A stretch of DNA of 64,000 bases, from the NCBI RefSeq assembly GCF_009914755.1, contig NC_060935.1; one strand, given 5' to 3'. Positions 55,295 to 64,000 of this stretch are shown here, piece by piece. The translations under genes were made by a program, and so were the position numbers. The notes beneath the pieces were generated by a model. It did not search any database. It was not told the origin of the DNA and was given only the letters and a program-made list of their open reading frames with translations. Within the stretch, counting starts at the first letter, position 1. Every line of letters begins with the position of its first letter. This stretch comes from the human T2T-CHM13v2.0 reference genome, Homo sapiens.

Positions 55295-55643
55295 ATAGAA
55301 ACATAAAGTAGATTGGTGGTTGCCAGGGGCTGTGGAGAGTGACTGCTAACGGATGTGTGGTTTCTTTAGTTTGGCAGGGTGTGTGTGTGGCGGGGGGTGG
55401 GATGATGAAAATGCACTAAAATTAAATTGTGGTAGATAGTAAAAGGAAGTAGTTATGTGATTGTTGCACAACTCTGTGACTATACTAAAAGCCACTGAAT
55501 TGTGTAGTTTAAAAGGGTGGCTGGTTGGGCGTGGTGGCTCACGCCTGTAATCTCAGCACTTTGGGAGGCCGAGGCAGGCGGATCACCTGAGGTCGGGAGT
55601 TCAAGACCAGCCTGACCAACACGGAGAAACTCTGTCTCTACTA

Positions 55644-55802
<159 letters not shown>

Positions 55803-56745
55803 TCAAAAAAAAAAAAAAAAAAAGTGTGGCTGGATGCTGTGGCTCATGCTTATAATCCCAGCACTTTGGAATGCCAAAGCAGGAAGATTGCTTAAATCCT
55901 GGAGTTCAAGACCAGACTGGCCAACATAGCAAGACCCCATCTCTACAAACAAGTTTTTTTTTAATTAGCTGGGTAGGGTGGCACACACCTGTGGCCCCAG
56001 CTACTTGGGAGACTAAGAAGGCAGGAGGATCACTTGACCCTAAGGGGTAGAGGCTGCAGTGAGTTATGATCACACCACTGCACTCTAGCCTGCACAGCAG
56101 AACAAGACCCTGTCTCTAAATAATAAATGAAAAGGTAAATTTTATGGTATGTGATTATATCTCAGTAAAAGTGTGATTTTTTAAAAAGTCAATGAATCTT
56201 AAACAAATAAGCAAACAAAAGCTTAGTCAGGTCTCAGGTGATGCTACAGTACTACCCAAACAGATTCATTTCTAAAAAGCAAGCAGCGTAACAAGAGCAG
56301 CCATTTATGTGCTTACTATGTAAGGAGCTTTACCTAACAATACTGTTTGTTAAACTTTTCATCTCATTTTATTTGCACAATGACCTTATAAAGTATGTAT
56401 GATTATCCTTTGTTTAGGAAAATGAGAAAACAGGCTCTCAGGGATGGGATAATTTGTTCAAGGCTCACACAGCTAAGAAGGGGTAAGGCAGGAGTTCTAA
56501 CCCAGAGAGCCATCTGACTCCAAAGTTCAGGATAGCCACGTTCCCACTATGTTCATCAAAAAAAACAAGAATGAGCCAGGCGCTGTGGCTCACGCCTGTA
56601 ATCCCAGCACTTTGGGAGGCCGAGGCGAGCAGATTATCTGAGGTCAGGAGTTCGAGACCAGCCTGGCCACCATGGTGAAACCCTGTCTCTACTAAAAATA
56701 CAAAAATTAGCTGGGTGTGGCAGCGGGCGCCTGTAATCCCAGCTA

Positions 56746-56964
<219 letters not shown>

Positions 56965-57014
56965 CTAATGGGTTTTTGTCTGTGTTGGAAGGAAGTCTTT
57001 TCTTCCACCAACTA

Positions 57015-57468
57015 TGTTGTAGTGTGTGTTTGGGGCTTGGGGGACTGCAAATTAATTGATGATAGACAGATCCACAGAAGAAAAGACAAGGATTATTTAC
57101 ACATGCATGGGGGAGTACTCAGTAAAGGGTAATCCCTGGCAAAAATAGCCAGGGGTACGTGTGACTGCATCAGTTTAACAAAAGGGAATGGTGGTTAAGG
57201 CTTCAGTGGGAATGTATGGAAGATTCTATTGGGCTTTTTTATTCTGATGCTAATGTACAGTCTTCTTTCTGGCTGGAAGCTGAATTAGACCAAATCTGGG
57301 GATTCTCCCAAACCTGAAGGGGGGTTAATGGCAGTCGTATTTTGGGAGGCTCTGCTTTAGTCAGATCAGGGAAGTCCAGATATGATTTCTATCTGCATCT
57401 GCTGTAGCTCAAATGGTTTCAGTTTAAAATAAACTTTTTATCTTTCTGAGGGTTTCTTGGTCCCTTCA
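57015..57468 (-). mobile_element. Older MER34-like ERV1 LTR
   Basis: ATAGACAGAT...GAAGAAAAG...CACATGCATGGG motif shared with the other two MER34-group LTRs; ends approximate. Confidence 0.5.
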
Positions 57469-57639
57469 TTTGTTTGTTTCTGCTTTTACTATATTCCCAG
57501 ACATTCTCAACATTATTGCAAAGATTTTTTTTTTTCTTGCTTTAGGTGCTGCTTGGAAATGTCCTTGTCCCTAGATATCTTTAATAAAAGGTTCTTGGGC
57601 TCCAGAGCCCGAAAAAGCTCTGGGTGGTATTTTGCCTGC

Positions 57640-58100
57640 AACCAAAGCTTGACGTCAAAATTTGCACACGTGTTGTAGGATCATTTACTCTGTGTCTCCA
57701 GCCCCTACTCTTTTCTTGGTGTTCCTGAGTTATACTTCAGAACAGAAAAATATCAATAGGTTTAGATCTTAGTTCCACATTTGGCTCCCAGCCCTGCTCT
57801 AAGGCCCACCTCAGCTGAATTAAGGAGTGAGGTTTGAACTCATCAGCGGATTCTCCTTGGGTCCAGCTGCCCTCCTTTCCTCCTTTTTCTCTCCTCTGCA
57901 GGAAGGAAGGCTGCTTCCCCCTCCCCTATTCCTAAGGACTACTTCCCACCTCTTCCCTTCCCTCCACCCCCCCAGCTGCCTTTCTTATGGCTGCCAGGTT
58001 GCCATGCCAATAAGGTTCCCATGGTTACTAGGAAGAGCTGCTGCATTCCCACAGGCAGCTTTTATCTACCAAAAGAGAAAGGGAAACTAAATTGCTCCTA
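57640..58100. promoter_or_regulatory. Candidate distal enhancer (CRE, E-box, clustered RFX X-boxes)
   Basis: TGACGTCA 57650-57657, CACGTG 57667-57672, X-box-like sites 57998-58036, in a non-repetitive island. Confidence 0.45.
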
Positions 58101-59166
58101 GGGAAAGAAAAAAAAAAAAAAAGGGAGGGGAGGGACAGAGTTGGTCTTAGCCCAGGAGATCCTGCAAAAGGGGTCTTGTTAACTCTGGTATCTCCAGGCT
58201 GGACCTTGAACCAAATCCTGCTGCATCTATTCAAGTTCTCCTTCCCCTAAACCTAGGGAGAGAGGCGCCTGGCACTAGTTCAAGTCCATTGTTTCGCCTA
58301 GTATGGGGTCCACATAGACACCGCATTGTGAGCATCATGTTAATACATAAATACACTAATACATCTGTGCTCTTTGTCTATTAAGGAAACTGGCAAAATG
58401 CAAGGCATGCCCTGCTGCCTCCTCAGTTGGATATCTTGTCAGAGAAACTGCTTTTCTCCTGCTGGAGTTTCTTCCTGGGTAGACTATCTTAGGCCACGCC
58501 ACTTTTTTTTTTTTTAATTCAGTTCATTTTTCTCAAATATAAACAAATATATGTTAGTGTAAAATTAAAAAATAAAGTAGCCGGGCATGGTGGCTCACGC
58601 CTGTAATCCCAGCACTTTGGGAGGCCAAGGCAGGCGGATCATCTGAGGTCAGGAGTTTGAGACCAGCCTGGCCAACATGGTGAAACCCCGTCTCTACTAA
58701 TAATACAAAAATTAGTTGGGCGTGGTGGCACATGCCTGTAATCCCAGCTACTCAGGAGGATGAGGCAGGAGAATCGCTTGAATCCAGGAGGTGGAGTTTG
58801 CAGTGAGACGAGATCACGCCATTGCACTCCAGCCTCGGCTACAAGAGCAAAACTTCGTCTCCAAAATAAAAAATAAAATAAAATAAAATAAATAAGAGAA
58901 AAAATCATTCACATTTCCAAAATCAAATTATTTATTTCTTCTTTCTAAAATATACAGTTTTTGTTGTTACTGGTTTGTCTCACATAGTTGTAGAACATCA
59001 TTTTTGAAACACAGTTTCCTTTATTTGGAATTTTGTTATGTTGAACTTTCTACTTTTATTAGCTGCCAATAAAAAATGGCAATTGGGCCAGGCACAGTGG
59101 CTCATGCCTGTAATCCCAACACTTTGGGAGATCAAAGTGTAAGGATTGCTTGAGCCCGAGAGTTCA

Positions 59167-59409
<243 letters not shown>

Positions 59410-59707
59410 TTATCATATAACTCAGCCATTCCACTCCTAGGTATAAATATACCCCCCCAAAATGAAAATATACATCCACAGAAAAATGTGTACATGAATG
59501 TTTATAACAGCATTATTCATAATAATAAAAAATGGAAACAAGACAAATATCCATCAACTGATTAATAAACAAAATATGGTGTAGTCATACAAAAGAATAT
59601 TATTCAGCCAGAAAAGGAATGAAGTACTGATACATGCTACAACATAGATGAACCTTGAAAACATTATGGAAGTGAAAGAAGGCAGAAATAAGGCAGACAT
59701 AGAAGAC

Positions 59708-60253
59708 CACAGAGACAGGATTGTTCCCTTGACTTTGACCCCCTTCATGGGTGGGAACTGGAGTGGCTCGTTTAACTCAGCCACTGCTGACCACTCCTTG
59801 TGAGAGGGAGCATGCAAGCAAGTGAGGGAATGAAGGCTGGAACCAGCCAGTCACTCCTCCCTAGCAGGAGCAGGCTCTGTACAAGCCCTACGGCAGCATC
59901 CAAGCCCCTACTCTCTCAGCATCTGAGTTCTTGTCTGGCATCCAGGAATAACCATCAGGTCACACAAATGGATTGAAGGGTAGTGTATGTGGAAGATTTT
60001 ACTGGGCGATAAAGGTGGCAGTTTGCATCAGCCGCTTGCATCCCCCAGTGCTCAGCAGCTTGCATCCCCAACCACTTGCATCAGCCACTTGTGTTGCTCT
60101 GCCAGCTAGTCTTTTTATGGGCACAGGATAGGGGTACTGCAGGCCAAAAAAGCAACATTTGGGTGGAAAAACAGAGTCAGCTTCTTCTTCTTAGGATGGA
60201 GGTTCCAGGCTTAAGAGTGGGGATTTAGCCGGGAGCCAAGCCATTCTGTGTCA
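59708..60253 (-). mobile_element. LTR27/LTR28/LTR1-group ERV1 LTR
   Basis: TTCCCTTGAC...CCCCTTCATGGG and TCAGGTCACAC...GGATTGAAGG motifs, short internal GCTTGCATC repeats. Confidence 0.55.
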
Positions 60254-60275
60254 ATAAAATTCTATTACATAAAAT

Positions 60276-60994
60276 TGAAACTGCCTTTGCAAAGATTATG
60301 ACAGTGAGAGAAGTCTAGCATGGCAGACTCCATCTTGCTTTTAGCCTCACAGACTGGCTGTTTTTGCTCATTTCTGGGCATAGGCCAAGTTAACCATGGG
60401 AGGAATTTAGTTTATAGTTTAACTTGGAAGCAAGGATGATAAGAGTATCTCCCCAAAACTAATCCCTTCCTTGTTTGGGCCTTTGTAAAACTAATGAAAG
60501 GCCACAAGATTAGGATTATGGGAGGGGCCCAAAATCTGCTGCAATGTAGGTATAGTTTCTATAATCCCTTACATCTCAGGAGTCATGTGGCCAGATGTTG
60601 AAAAATTTGTGACTTCCCCAGTTGCTTCTGTAGTCACTGTTGTAGAATCTTTTGAGATGTTTTTCAGACTGACACCACCTAGACTCCTGACTCATGACTC
60701 AACTGGTCCTGTGGCCCTCAACCCAATTGCCAACTCAGCACACAAAGGCCATTTTCCACACCCCTATGATTGCTTCCCCAACCAGTCATCAGCACCCATT
60801 CCCTAGCCCCCTGCCCACCAAACTATCCTTGAAAAACCATAACCTTTGAGCCTTCCAGGAAACTGGTTTGAGTAATAACTCTGTCTACCACATGGCTAGC
60901 CTAGTGTCAAACTCTTTCTTTACTACAATACCACAGTCTCAGTGAATTGGTTTTGTCTGTGTAGTAGGCAAGGTGACCCCATCAAGCAATTAAA
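60276..60994 (+). mobile_element. LTR8-family solo LTR
   Basis: Starts TGAAACTGCCTTTGCAAAGATTATGACAG; TSD AAAT. Confidence 0.75.
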
Positions 60995-61986
60995 AAATGT
61001 CCAGAATAGGCATCTATAGAGAAAGTAGTGTTTGGGCCAGGTGTGGTAGCTCACACCTTTGTAATCCCAATACTTTGAGAAGCTGAGGCAACTGGATCAC
61101 TTGAGGCCAGGAGTTTGAAACCAGCCTGGGCAACAAAGCAAGACCTTGTCTCTACAAAAAATTTTAAAAGTAGCTGGACATGATGGCATGTGCCTGGGGT
61201 CTCAGCTACTTGGGAGGCTGAGGTGAGAGTTGCCTGAGCCCTGGACTTGCAGGATGTAGTGAGGTATGATTACACCACTGCATTCCAGCATATGCGACAG
61301 ACTGAGATCATGTCTAAAAATGAAATAAAATAAAGAGAAAGTAATGTTTGCCTAGGGCTAGGAGAGTGAGATAGGAATGGGAGCGATGGCTAATGGACAC
61401 AGTCTATTTTGGAGGCAAAAAACATGATCTAAAATTAGATCATTAAAGGTATTTATGCATATTTTAAAAAATAAAATAAAACTAGATCATAGTGATAATT
61501 GCACAACTCTTTGAATATGCCAAAAACCATTGAATTATACATTAATTTTTTTTTTTATTATTGTTTGTGGAAACAGGGTCTAACTATGTTACCCAGGCCA
61601 GTCTTAAACTCCTGGTCTCAAGGAATCCTTCTGCTTTCCAAAGTGCTGGGATTACAGGAGTGAACCACTGTCCCCGGCCTGAATTATACACTTTTAGTGG
61701 GTGAAATGTATAGAATGTGAATTATATCTCAACGAAGCTGTTTTGAAAAACTGAAAATAAAAAATTAAAAGGATGTATTTAGGTCTCAGCAAATTATTGA
61801 ACTCTAAAGGCTCTAATAGCTTAATATGAAAAGTCAAACAAATCCTATTAGCCTGAACCTGTAATTAACTAAGGAGAAATTCCTTTAAGCCTTTTCCAAT
61901 TCTTGGGCTCAGCAAATTCAGTCCAGAGCCTTTATTTTTAATTCTGCCATGAATGTATTTCTTCTTTAATTTCCTGGATGTTGTCA

Positions 61987-62451
<465 letters not shown>

Positions 62452-62696
62452 TTAGCATATGGAAGAAAACTTGGAATAGGCAAAAGAGATTAATTGGGTT
62501 TCTTCAGTGGAAAACAAGCCATTGTTTAGAGCAAACCTGAGGTATCAGCTACATGTGGTCTCTGTCACCAGCTCCTGGCACAGAACTCTCAAAACTCTTG
62601 GCATTTCCTAAATGATAGGAATGCCTTTTGTTTTTCATGACGAGTTCCTCACTATCTGTACAATAGTTCAATTTTACCTCCTTTGAAATTTATCCT

Positions 62697-64000
<1,304 letters not shown>

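Overview
Primate (human-type) genomic DNA containing the 5' half of FEZ1 (fasciculation and elongation protein zeta 1, UNC-76 family) on the minus strand. It has a CpG-island promoter and non-coding exon 1 (~36.7-37.0 kb), plus coding exons 2-5 (30185-30540, 22251-22350, 4193-4279, 1207-1375), which join in frame to give about residues 1-222; the gene continues past the left edge. The introns and the ~27 kb upstream region are dense in Alus, old L1 fragments, DNA-transposon MITEs and ERV/MaLR LTRs, many with visible target-site duplications. There is no prokaryotic-type system or CRISPR array, and nearly all other ORFs in the track are repeat artefacts. The most unusual structure is at 52445-53095: an ERV fragment whose U3 is replaced by an 81-bp inverted copy of its own R-U5, followed by a tRNA-Arg primer-binding site and leader. 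This is the layout expected from an integrated self-primed minus-strand strong-stop DNA. A second ~103-bp fold-back palindrome lies inside a MER4-type solo LTR 2.4 kb away. Other notable items are a 14-unit 26-bp minisatellite upstream of the promoter, an RFX/CRE/E-box motif island at ~57.6-58.0 kb, and several FEZ1 splicing and translation quirks. Repeat family names come from my recollection of consensus sequences, not from a search.
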